From an uncultured Candidatus Peribacteria bacterium (GTDB lineage: Bacteria > Patescibacteriota > Gracilibacteria > UBA1369 > PNNO01), in the NCBI GenBank assembly GCA_964585825.1, contig CAZPFH010000001.1:1-46813 (forward strand): a stretch of DNA of 46,813 bases. Direction: 5' to 3'. Position 1 is the stretch's first letter; each line of letters opens with the position of its first letter. Position numbers and translations under genes: made by a program. The notes under the pieces were generated by a model. The model saw only the letters and a list, made by a program, of their open reading frames with translations, did no database searches and had not been told where the DNA came from. Below, piece by piece: positions 1 to 12,400 of this stretch.

Positions 1-120
1 ACCGTCATGGAAATCGAACAAAACAACAACTCGGACACGAATCCGGCTGAGATTGATGCAAGCAGCACAGGCATTCTCGATTGTACTGACGCGTGTGAAT
101 TCTACGTTCTCGTACAATAA
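1..120 (+). CDS. 3' end of an upstream CDS (last 39 codons, ...CEFYVLVQ*), product unknown
   Basis: Frame 1 is open from the window edge to TAA 118-120. A hairpin plus T-run follows directly at 137-179. Confidence 0.35.
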   Translation, partial: TVMEIEQNNNSDTNPAEIDASSTGILDCTDACEFYVLVQ

Positions 121-136
121 AAAAGAATTAAAATTA

Positions 137-179
137 AAGTCGACTTTTCGCTCACCAAAGCTCAAAGTCGGCTTTTTTT
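137..179 (+). terminator. Rho-independent terminator of the upstream gene
   Basis: AAGTCGAC (137-144) pairs with GTCGGCTT (167-174): 8 bp including one G-U, about 22-nt loop. A T7 run follows at 173-179. Confidence 0.5.
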
Positions 180-297
180 ATACCTGAATACGCACGGGCG
201 GTCATAAAGCGAACAAAAATCAAAAAACTTTTCTTTTTTCTGGCAACTTCTTTTGCAATACAGAGCCTCGCTTGAACTGTCTTTTTTGGCTTATTTG

Positions 298-306
298 TGC
301 TAAAAT
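298..306 (+). promoter_or_regulatory. Extended -10 promoter element TGcTAAAAT upstream of the giant gene
   Basis: TG at 298-299 and TAAAAT at 301-306, about 30 nt before ATG 338. No good -35 at 17-nt spacing (TTGAAC at 272-277 is 23 nt away). Confidence 0.3.
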
Positions 307-337
307 ATATAGATTAATATAACGAGCATATGCGCGT

Positions 338-442
338 ATGAAGCACCATTACCTTTATAAAAAATTGCAACGATTTGTGTGCGGAATGCTGATTCCCATG
401 CTTCTTGCAAGTCAGCTTGTTATTCCTTCAACGGTGCATGCT
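338..442 (+). other. Signal peptide of the giant protein (cleavage after VHA, before QF)
   Basis: Basic n-region MKHHYLYKKLQR, hydrophobic core FVCGMLIPMLLASQLVI, then PSTVHA-Q. Confidence 0.7.
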
Positions 443-3400
443 CAATTTGGCAACCAGGAAAATCCCCCAAAACAGGTAACTTCGTTGATAGCTATTGTTG
501 TCGATGAATCATTAATTGAAGATGACACGCCATACGAGGGACTAACGACCGACTATCCGGATGAACTGGGAGCACAAACTCTTCGCGATCGAATTTATCG
601 TTTTGCACGTGATACGCAACTGGCTGATCCTTTTACAAGATCTATTATTCTTCGTGTCGACGAAAATCAAAATCCGCATGATATAGCGCAAGCTTTGGAA
701 ACTCTTTATTTCAAAGGTGATCAAGCGGAAGAAACGGCCAGTCAGCTTGAAGGCGTTATTACCGTGGGAGATGTTCCGTTACCTGTCGTCAATAAAAACG
801 GTTTCCGTTTTGTCAGTATGCTTCCCTATAGCGACTTTGCTGAACCCGCTTATGTGTATAATCCAACAACACGAGAATTTGAATATAATCAGGACACTAT
901 TAATCCCAAGGTTGAAGCATGGCACGGTGTTATAAAATCTCCATCGGCCGAGACTGAAGCAGCTTTTGACTATGCTTCTTATTTCGATAAAAATCATTTA
1001 TTTCATCAAGGCCATCAGGACTTTAACACATTCGATCAAGAATTGCTTTTTGCCGATATGATCTGGGAACAAGAAATGTACGATGAAACTATGGGTACTC
1101 GTTATGAAAACTATATAGAATTCATGGAAGATATTGCATATCGACGATTTTCAAAAGAATTAATCAAAGAAATAATTGGAGAACAGGAAAGCGAAGAAGA
1201 TCTCATTGATGAAGATGGAGACTTCGATCTTGAAAGTCTAAGCAGTCCCGACACTTTTGCAGGCGTTCCGGATGCTCACAGCAAAATTATTCTCATGTCG
1301 TATGTCGCCAAATTTAATGAACTTTTTAAAAATTATTTACAAAAAGCTAATGATTTGGTCGAAGGAACAGGTAGGTATAAAAAATACGATTCTATTGTCA
1401 AACTCATTACAATCAAAGATCTTCATACACAGGAATATCTTCGTATGGTAAACGATGCGGTTGAACGGCGTGTAGACGATATCGTCACGCCGCTACAAGG
1501 AACAATCCCCATTATTGAAACGGCAACCATAGGAGGAACCGTAACATATGATGACGACACAACCGCCAACCTTATCTCATGGAACTTTACCAATAACAAC
1601 ATTCAGTCATATAACGACCCAGTACTGGGAACGTATGACACGGTATACTATTACGGGAAACCCGCTCCATCGTTAGAATCCGCAGAAGAATGCACTCTTT
1701 TTAGAGGAAACGCCGAATTAAACAGACTGTATAACAGGGAAACCGAGGACAATCATAGTAGTGCCGAAGATTATGGATATTGCTATGGAGCAAATGCAGA
1801 AACCCCCGAACGCTGCTTCCCGGACATCGCAAGCAAATGGATTTTCGATGAAGACGGCTCTATGGCAAACGAAGACATTTCCCCGTATGCAAAAGGTATT
1901 GGCGGGTGCTACGATTTTCGTGAAACATCACGATTTAATACTTACTTAAGTGAAGTGGCAAGTTATATACTCGCACTTAGCTTTGCTTCAACAGAAGCTG
2001 AAAAAGATGCCATTCCCCTACCCGGTTCAAAATACAGACCGGTCGAAAATATTACCTTATTGGGGAGTCCGTCTATTTCATTAAAAGATATTCTTGATAT
2101 TTACGGAGGATTTGACGGTAAAGACAATGATGGGGATGGCTCCATTGATGAAGCCGATGAATATAATCTTGATTATAAAATAAATGCAAATGATCCATAT
2201 GAAATCGGGTATAAACTTCTTGGAAACAGAAAAAATTTCTTTGTCATAAACAACCCGCCGTTTGATGGTATAAAACGTATTAATTTACAAATAACTCAAC
2301 AAGCTACTGATTTTAATCAAGGAATTGACAGTATTACTTATCACAAAGAACCTACGGTGGAGACAATACAGCATCATCTTGAAAAAGGAACAATAGACAC
2401 ACTGCCGATAGATGATCCCCGTTACGTTTCATTCGTAGATCAAAACGGCGTGTATCATGAAATTGTATATCCCAATACATTTAAAGCAGACGGTGTTGCA
2501 AACTATCTTCAAGAACTTATAGATCTAGAAGATTATTTGATGCAGCTGCCGGGAGCCAACTCAAGTACCATTGAAGGAGCATTGCAAGATGTATTAGAAG
2601 CGGAAGAAACGAAATATCTCGATACTGAAAAACAGATTATGGATAAAACAAGCTATGAAGAGGCTCGAGATATCATATGGTGGAAAAACGCAACAATCGA
2701 CAAAAAACATATTTATGCATTCAATCGTTATCTTGATAGTTCTTACAACACTTATACCACTGAAAATGAAAATGGCTATGAATACTTCTACTTTACCGCT
2801 GACGGTAATCCTAACGAGGTACATTTTGCACTTAATAAAGACCCTACTATTATTGAGCAAGATCCCGAATGGCTGGATCCGGAATCACAACTGGACCCTT
2901 CACTTGAAGAAACCTTAGAAGACGATGATGATAACGATGCCCTTTCTGAAGCTATTCCTCTTGCCGAATGGATTGTCTACCTGGTGGAATATTTATCGGA
3001 ACTCAGTAAATTGCCGGAGGGACTCAGTTTTCAGCCCGCATGCGGAGATGGACAAAACAATATAGCAACCGCTATTGAAAATCTTACTGATGAAGAAAGA
3101 AAAGAGATTTTTGGTGATTCAAACGAAAATGGCATTCCGGACGGTGCTGAAAACACTACTGTCTTAAAACTGCGTTTTGAAAATAATTCGAACATGATCC
3201 GTACCGGCAGCACTGAGACGTATGATTTACATGTTGAAGCGCAAGATGCAACCGGATTACCAAATTATTTTGATTCATACACGGAACTTTATCTTGTTCT
3301 TTCCGACAATGAGTCGCCAAAAGCACGTATCTATGGGTCAGACAGCGTCAAGCTGGTCAACGGACAAGCTGTCTTTAGCATAAATGCAACCGATATTGCC

Positions 3401-6400
3401 GGTGATTTTACGGCACGTGTTGTCAGTACCAATACGGAAGAAACTATAACTTCAAATGTACTAACCATAACAAGTGAAGCTCGAAGAATTCGACTCTTAA
3501 CTTATGAAACACAACTTTTTGAACCTCCTTCATACGAAGAAGAGATATTAAAAGATTATCTGGTACTGGACGATGATGAAGAAACAATCGCCACAATTGA
3601 TGCAAACACCGGCAAGATCAACATAATCGATTTGGAATATGAAGTTGCGGTATTTGAATCAACGGCCAATCAACCGATGCGTATAGCCATAATCGAAACG
3701 CAATCCGGCAACACTATGGCAAGCGTCTCTCTTGTCCCGGATTTTTCAAGTGAAGATACGGTTACTGTTCGAGACACTGCGTTTACCGACCAATCTTTGA
3801 CTTCAATTGAAGGAGTACAAGTATATGATGTCAATCAAAATGACAATATTGACATTTATAACGACAATGCAGTTGTCTATATTGTCGATAACCGTTCTGA
3901 ATACACAAAGCGCATAGCAAAAATAACACCACAAGGAGACATCTTCTTAGGCGATGAATATTTTATTGATATTGCCAATGAAGAAAATACGGACCAACCT
4001 TACCTTTTTGTACTTGAAGATGCGGCCGGCAACGATATAGTGCAGATTGGTATTGCTTACCGATTAGGATCAATGACTACACACGAAAATCTTATAAGCA
4101 ATATAAACGAAATAATAGACCGCTTTGCAAATATCGCATATGCACAAAGTGCATCGGAAAAAGATACCGACAACGATGGTTTAAACGATCTTGAAGAGTT
4201 TATTTTAAATACAAATCGTATCGACAAAGACACCGATAAAGACGGTTTCAATGATGGCGAGGAAATCACTTATGGCTATGATCCTCTTAAGAAAGACACA
4301 CGCTTATTTACCGATCTTGATCCTCAAGACCCTTCATATGAAGCATTTACCACCTTGCTACTACGTGGCATTATTCAGCAACATCCGGACAATAAGGTTC
4401 GCCCTCAAGACAATATTACCCGTGAAGAATTTGTCCAAATGGTGCTTGGTATTACGTGCACCAACTGCAGTTCATTTTCCGAGCAGACAAAAGAAGAAGT
4501 CGATAATAATTACGATCAAAGTCCTTTCCCGGACAGCGACATTGACCCAAACTACGAATATTGTATCAAAGAAGCAAAAAACATTGACGTTGTCAGCGGT
4601 TATGAAGGCGATCAAGATACCGGATTTTTTAAGCCAAAGTATTATATTAGCAGGGCTGAAGCCACTAAAGTAACATTGGAAGCAGCCGGTATTGATTCAA
4701 CCAAATACATTGATCCCGCTCAGCCATGGTACTACCGATATGTTATGGCTGCGCAGGAAAACAATATTTACCCTCATGCCCTTCCTCAAGAAGGCTTCAG
4801 TACATGGATCCAATCACCAATAACCAGGGCTGAATTCGCTATGATGGTACAAAAAGCCATAAAATCTTTTGATTGCTATGTAATTGACGATGATAATGAC
4901 GGCCTACCAAATAATTTTGAATACTATCAATATAATACCGACCCGAACAGTGCCGACACCGATGGTGGAGGGCTCGATGACTTAGATGAAATATTGCGTA
5001 ATAAAGATCCTTTTGATCCTTCAGACGACCTCCTGCTTGATGATGATAATGACGGCATGACAAATCAATGGGAAGAGCAATACAATCTTGATCCATACGA
5101 TCCCGCTGATGCTTATTTCGATGACGATAATGACGGACTCGTAAATCTAGAAGAATTCAATAACCAAACGGATCCGCTTAACCCCGATACTGATGGAGGA
5201 GGAGTCAATGATGGGGACGAAGTCCTTTTACAAACGACCGATCCGTTAGATTCATCAGATGATCAAGACAATCCTTCGTTGCAATCAGGGATACATGCTT
5301 TCGGTGACATTATACAAGACACTGCATATAGAATTGTTGAGGAAGGCGAAGCTAAAGAAGTGCCAAATTATATTAACAACCTTCCTGCCGATGGAGAAAG
5401 CAGATTATTTCTGGCTGCGGAAATACTTGATGAAAACGGCGACATAAACATTAATGATTCCAGCAGTACGATACAATTCAGCATTGAAGATTCATCTACA
5501 ACAACGGTAGACATTGAACAAAACCAAGTAAAAGCACTGGAGGGCGTTGCATTAACACAGATTTCCTCAACGACAAAAGCGGGACTTGTTGATATCACCG
5601 CAAGTCGTGCCGGGTCTCCTCTCCCGATAGAAACGCATCAAGTGTTTGTAGAGCCTCTTGAACCGGTACAATTGTCAGTCCAAGCACAATCTCCTGTTAT
5701 CAAGGCCGGAGGGCTCTCCAAAACACCGATCACAATAACTCTCAAAGATCGTTACGGCAATATAGTCAACAATGACTTTTACGAAATGACCGTCTGGCAT
5801 GACGGTCCCGGAAGACTCGATCAAGAAGCGGATACTAAAAAAGACATAGACGGCGTCCAATTACAATCGTTTGAAGGGACATTTTATGTCGACCTTTATT
5901 CGGCGGAAGAACCGGGATCAATTATTGTTCACGCAAAAGTAAATGATTTATACAATACGGCGACAGTTGATTCTCTTGAAGATATAGAATTTGAACTTTC
6001 GGCCGATAAAGAAATAATCCGGGCGAATGGCGAAGACAGTGTTATTATAACTGCTCGTGCTGTTGATAGCGAAGGTAAGCGTATTGAACAATTCAGTCAA
6101 TCAATCACTTTTGACCATGAAAGCAAGAATGTTGGAAACTTTATTGGTGAAAAAACAATTCCTATGGAAGAAGGACGCGCTTCAATTGAATTTACATCGT
6201 CCACTAAAAAAGGCCCATTGGAAATCACCGCTTCGGCACCGGGCATTGCCCCCGGAAGACTTACTCTTACAATGCAGGCAAATACACCGGTGAAAATAAA
6301 ATTGCATCCGGCAGATCAAAAGTTTGATGCTTCTTCACTCCAACCAACAGAAATTATAGCAAAATTGTATGATCAATATGATAATTTTGTCGATCATGTA

Positions 6401-9400
6401 GACGATATACCTATTAATTTTCGCATTACAGAAGCTACTCAAAAATATGCAAAAACTGATGGATTAACAGATACTGTAAGTACAGAAGGACAAGCATCGG
6501 GATACATAATAGGCAATGAGATTTCAGGACCGGTTCATGTTATTGCTTCTTCTCCGGGACTTATTTCCGGAACCGTTGAATTACAAGCAATAGAAATTAT
6601 TAGGCAAGAAGAATTTATCGGAGAATCTCCTCATGCACTTTATGGCACCATGCTTGGTGGTGCATACGGCGATACACAAACTGAAAATTATTTGGGAGGA
6701 GAACTGCTTTTCAGGGGAACTCTGCAAGCGATTACAGCTATGACTGTTCCGGCTAAGCTAAACGACTCATTAGTTACCGTTATGCCGCACGGTGGCATCG
6801 ACATCACTAATGAAAACCAAATAGAATCAAAACTTTTACCTTCAAACGGTAGCTTTATACCAAATCGGATTATGCTTTCAACGCCCGATACGCAAAAAGA
6901 TGTTGCAGAAATATACTATCAATATCCGGGTGACCAGTCGGTAAAAATCGTCAATGATACCACTACATTAAGCAACGGAATCTACCTTGTCCCAAAAACC
7001 AATGATCAACAATTTAATTTTAACAAATCAGGCAACAAAGCAAGTATTACAGTAAACGGCCTTGAAGCACTTAGTGTCAGCCAAAATGGCTCTATAACGC
7101 TCAACGATAATAATTTTGTCATAGATGTAAGTAAATCGGGAGGACCATTTCTGACGCTTGATATCGGATATAATAACACTTCGGTGGCACAAATTATATT
7201 CGCAATCAATCTTAACAACGACATTTCTATTGTCGACAACACTTTTGTCTATCAACCGGGATATCCTTATGCTCCAGGTATATATATCAAAGAGCTCCAA
7301 CCGTTCTCGACATATTTTATCGACACTATGTACACCACATCTTCCACTCAAGACCCAAAAGGTGCACATATAGGAAGCGGGGATATTGATATGCCGAGAG
7401 ATAAGGCTCCCGGATTTTCATATACATCGCTTGAAGACGTATATGAATCGTTCGGTGTCGGTTTTGACGGAGATAACAAACATTCTCTTTTCTTTGCGGC
7501 GGGTAACAGCGTCGGGCAATCGTCAAAACCATATGTTTCTGATGCGGCTATTAATCTTGGAGACCCTACTGTTCGCATTAAAAATGAACATCTTGCCGGA
7601 GCATCCGGCTTCACCGACGATGTTGGCAAGCCACTTTATTCATCGCAAGAAACAATACAAGAACTCATGCTCGCCGATTACAATAACGACGGCCTTGACG
7701 ACCTTATTGTAGCTTTTGAAAACGGTAACGTGCGTTTACTTGAAAGACAATTGTCAGCTGAGCCATATGAAGACAAAGGTTTATTGTTAGATCTTGCAAA
7801 TGGCATTTACAGTGCAGCATCAGCCGACTTTAACAATGACGGATATGATGATTTGCTTTTTGCCACACAAGAAAGTTGTATCGGTGATGAAGTATGTATT
7901 TACCTTTTCGAGAACAACGAAGGGGCCCTCAACAGGGTGCATATTCCGCTTGAAATAGAGGATAAAATAAGTTCTCTTATCATTGCCGATGTAAATAATG
8001 ATGATTATCCGGATATCATAACAGCTGAATTTGCAGGCAATATTAGTATATTTTACAACGAAAACGGTCTCATAAATCCTAAAGGTCAACTGCTTGAAAA
8101 TGTCGGCAATCATATTAGTTCCGGAACTGATCTTAAAGAAGAAGTTTTGATTAGTTATGAAGGTATGCCGACCGAGGATGAAACAACACTTGAAGATGAC
8201 TTTGATTATGAATATATACAACTTGAAATAGGTGATCCGTCGGGAAACAATGATGTCGACCCCGCATTACAAGAACAATTAGTAGAACTTGGAGCAGATC
8301 CTGCGGATTTTGCCACTCCGGTTGAAGTTGAATTTATTTATGCAGATGCAGATCCGATTTTCGGTACTGCGGATTCTTCAAAAACAGCAGTTGATGTTAA
8401 CGGATCTTCGTTGGCATTAGACGACAATATTGTTTATACCATTACGCTGACCAACACAAGTGCTAGCGATATAGACAATATTTTCGTCAGTGACATAGCT
8501 CCCGACTTGCTCGAAATAAACAAAGAATCGATTCAGTGTCTGCAATGTGAAGCCCCACCTACCATTCTTGAAACCGATCTTACTTTGAATCCATATGTCA
8601 TTACCGGAATTTCCATACCTGCGGGAGAATCGCGAACAATAACATACGAATCAACGGTTATTTCCGTTCCCGATATTGCTATTGATACAAACAAAAATTA
8701 TGACGTTGAATTCCCAAAAGATGACTATCTTGATATTCATGTACGCCCAGAAAACAACACTTCCGGAAAGATGTTATTCTTTTATTCAGTTTCAAAAAAT
8801 CCGGAAAACGGAAGAATGACATACGGTAAATATGTTGCAGAACCGACACCGAGCGATCCACCCGAATTGCCGTTTGATGATACGGATCTTAATAATAACG
8901 GTATACCCGATGAAATTGAAAATATTGCAAAAGAACAAAAAGAAGGCGACGAAGACGGCGATGGGATCCCAAACAGTTGGGATGAAGTTAATGGTACCCT
9001 GAACGATGTAAAAGATATCGTTTCCAATGCTATTCAAGATTACACCTGTAATGGAGGGTGTCTTCCCGTACCTATGAACAAGGCTTTCTTTGCCCCCGGT
9101 GAAAATAATAATATGGGAGCCAGCGCACCCCCTCCAGATAGCGGCACACCCGTTTTTGTATATGAACCTGTAAAAATATTCTTAAGTCCGACACTGACGG
9201 GTAATCTAGGTAACTCCGTGTGCGTTTCAGGCATGTGTTGGTCCATCACCGTTCCTTTATTACCACCCGATGTATGTGATCAAATAACCGGTGCCTTCGG
9301 TAACGCTATGGCAAACGCAGGCAATGTTGTCAGCTCTTTAGGTTCGAGTACATCTTTATTGGGAGGTGGCAGTGGCCCCGGCGGCGGCCCTTCTGTTTCC

Positions 9401-12400
9401 GGGAGATCAAACAGTGGCGGCGTCACCGGCAGTTCTGTTTTAGGAAATTATCAAGCAAGCGGATCTTCAAAAACAAATTCGCGAATACCCGGTTTCGTCA
9501 ATATTATTGCAGGATGGTTTGCAAAACAACTCGATGAAGTCGTAACAAAGCTCGCCGACTTGCCGGATCTTTACATTTTATACCCTGATCCGAATGCTTT
9601 CACTAGCGGAGTCCCCCCAAAAGCCGATTTCAAGAATCTTTCCGATGTCCTTACATATCTTAATAAATTACCTATTCTTGAAATCGAAGCACGGCCGATC
9701 ACTATTAAAATACCTGCTTTATCGCAAGCAGAAATCGAAAAGATGCAAACAAAGATGAAAAAATGGGTCGCGGACGCCAAAAGAGAGCTCGAAAGAGCAG
9801 AACTCAAATGGCCGTGTAACGCAGATCAAGCAACAAAACAAACCTGTATAAAAGCTGTTGGTGACGTGGAAAACACCATTAACAGTGTCGAAAAAAACAT
9901 AAAAATTCTCGAAGAATATAAACAATTGCCGCGCAAAATCCTCGAATGGCGCGAAATACAAACAAAGTATTTAACCCAGGTTATCTGTTATATCGACACA
10001 ATAATCAATTATATGGGCGGCTACTTTAAAAAACAAATGCTCCGCGTTAAAGGGTGGACGGATTTGATAACTGAAATCAAAGACATATTGGGGATATGGG
10101 AAGAATTGAACAATATGATGAAAGAATATATAAAAAATTGCGACACTTGTACATCGGACAGATACACGCTTTTCCAAACACTTGTTACAACCCTGACAGG
10201 AGCATTGCCTGAAATACCAATTATCCCTTTCCCAAAATGGCCGGATTTCTATTTTGACTTTTCAAAAATACAATTGGGATACAAAATTATTTGGCCCGAT
10301 GTTACGTTTCGTCCTGAAGAGATAATTCTTCCGAATATTCCGCCCCTTACTTTGCCGGACCTACCGCAAATTAATCCACCAATCGACAGTCTTAAAGTAG
10401 GCACAACTTTACCAAGCATACCAACTCTTCCCGAACCGCCAGAACTGCCTGAGCTACCGGACCTGCCTCCTATTCCGATGCCCGAACTGCCGGATATACC
10501 AAAACCACCAAAAATACCGGATATTGCCGGTCCGATAAAATCAGGATTAAGCGCCATAGGCAAAATTATCAAAATTGTCTGCATGTTAAAAAAATCAATA
10601 CTTCCTATTCCTGAATCCAAACTAAAAACACATATTGAAGCATTAACGGCGCGCTCTCTTGATGGAGTTTTCCCTATGGATCTGGCATTCAATTTTCAAT
10701 CACCTTCACTCACCTACCCTTTTGTCGAAAAAATTAAGGTTACCAGTAAAATGGATTTCAGATTGGAAACGGAAAAAATATATGAATCTGTTGAAAACGT
10801 AGCAAAACAATGGAATGAGATTGCAACCGATGTCGCAGAAAAACCACAAGAAGTTTCTGTGCCTGAAGCAGATATAGAAGGAACTCTGACATATGTCATT
10901 ATCAACGAATACCTTAAGGCAATCGCACTCCTGCAACATGCCGCGGATATACAAGAACAGTATATCGACTCTCTGCCGGAATCATATCACCTTATTGCAA
11001 ATCAATCATATATATCTACCGATTCAACAGTACAAAATCGCTCTCTTGAAGATATAAAAACAGCACTAAAAAAAGAAGATTTGCCCGACATCATGAATAC
11101 CAATACGCTGGTAAGTCTGCGACAGGGATTGATAGCATATGTAGATAATCAATCAACGCTCTTATCGGAATATAAATATACTGATATAAAAGAACTCATC
11201 GCCATGGAAGCAAAGGCAACCACATTAGGTGATCATTTAACAAAACGACGAGTAGCAGATCGCAAGCCACAACAAATCTCATATAATCCTCAATCTGAAA
11301 AACAAGAAAGTTTTTCTGAAATACGTGAATATGGAAAACGCTTATTAGCATTAAATACCAATGCCATTTCAGATGCCGTCGTTGACCAGGAAACGGCAAC
11401 CGGAGCACAAAGCGGTCAATCAATCGAAGGCCTTTACGTATATAATGAAGAAACAGGGGTAAATGAGAGAATTCTTATGTATGAAGGAGAAAGTTCATTA
11501 CCAAATCATGCTGTTATCGCAGATATAGACAATGACTCCGATGAAGACATTATTTATTCTTACGGTGGCAACATTTACCTGAAAGAAAACTATGAGAAGC
11601 CAAAAGACAGTATGCATCTTATGTATAACGCAACCAACCCAACAGTATATACCGTTAACGATTTTATACCGGCAAGTGAATCGGTACACGGTTTTGAAAC
11701 GACCTATGATTCAGGAACCTCGACCGACTTCGGCTGGGACAGTACATCATCAGGTTCAATTGCGGGATATGAAATTATTTATAAAGATTCACTAAACGAT
11801 ATGGACAGTACAACCTACACTCCTTCAGATAAAATTGTAGTATTGGAAAACATTGATACAAAAACAACTGTCGGTCGCATAAACAACGATATTGAAATAA
11901 CGGCTGTAGAAGGTTCATTTACAGTTAACGGCGAAACTTCTTCGTATTACGGCTTCGATGACACTATCACGACCGGCGAAGATGCAAATACTCGTGTTGT
12001 CATAACCTTCACCGACAGTAGCCAAGTTATTCTCGGACCAAATACAAGTTTAACCCTCCCATCGTACGAACCGGGCAATTTTGAAATAATCGTTCATTAC
12101 GGGAAAGCAGCGTTTAAAAGCAATTTTTTCACTAATATTTTCTTACAAGAAGGTTCCCGCGTTATTAATGAAGAGGCAGATGTAGTTCTTGAATACAAAA
12201 ATGGAGATATTATAGGACTTGATAAAGAAAGTTATTTCTTCGCCTCAACAAAGAGCGAAGGTATCGGCTACGTCCAAAGTCTTAACGGCAAAGCAACAAT
12301 AAAAACTACTCCTCGTTATACGGTAACATCAAATTCTTCCTCAACTAAAGTTCATAATGGACAAGTTATTCATGTTATGGAAGATAGCGTATTCACACTT

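Noticed and set aside
10249-10692. 147-aa minus-strand ORF (G/S/I-rich) and the many other 60-140-aa ORFs on either strand inside 338-15247
   Set aside because: They are antisense or out-of-frame shadows of the giant gene. This one mirrors its Pro-rich segment. They have low-complexity composition and no independent start context, and they lie wholly inside a far longer ORF with recognisable domains.
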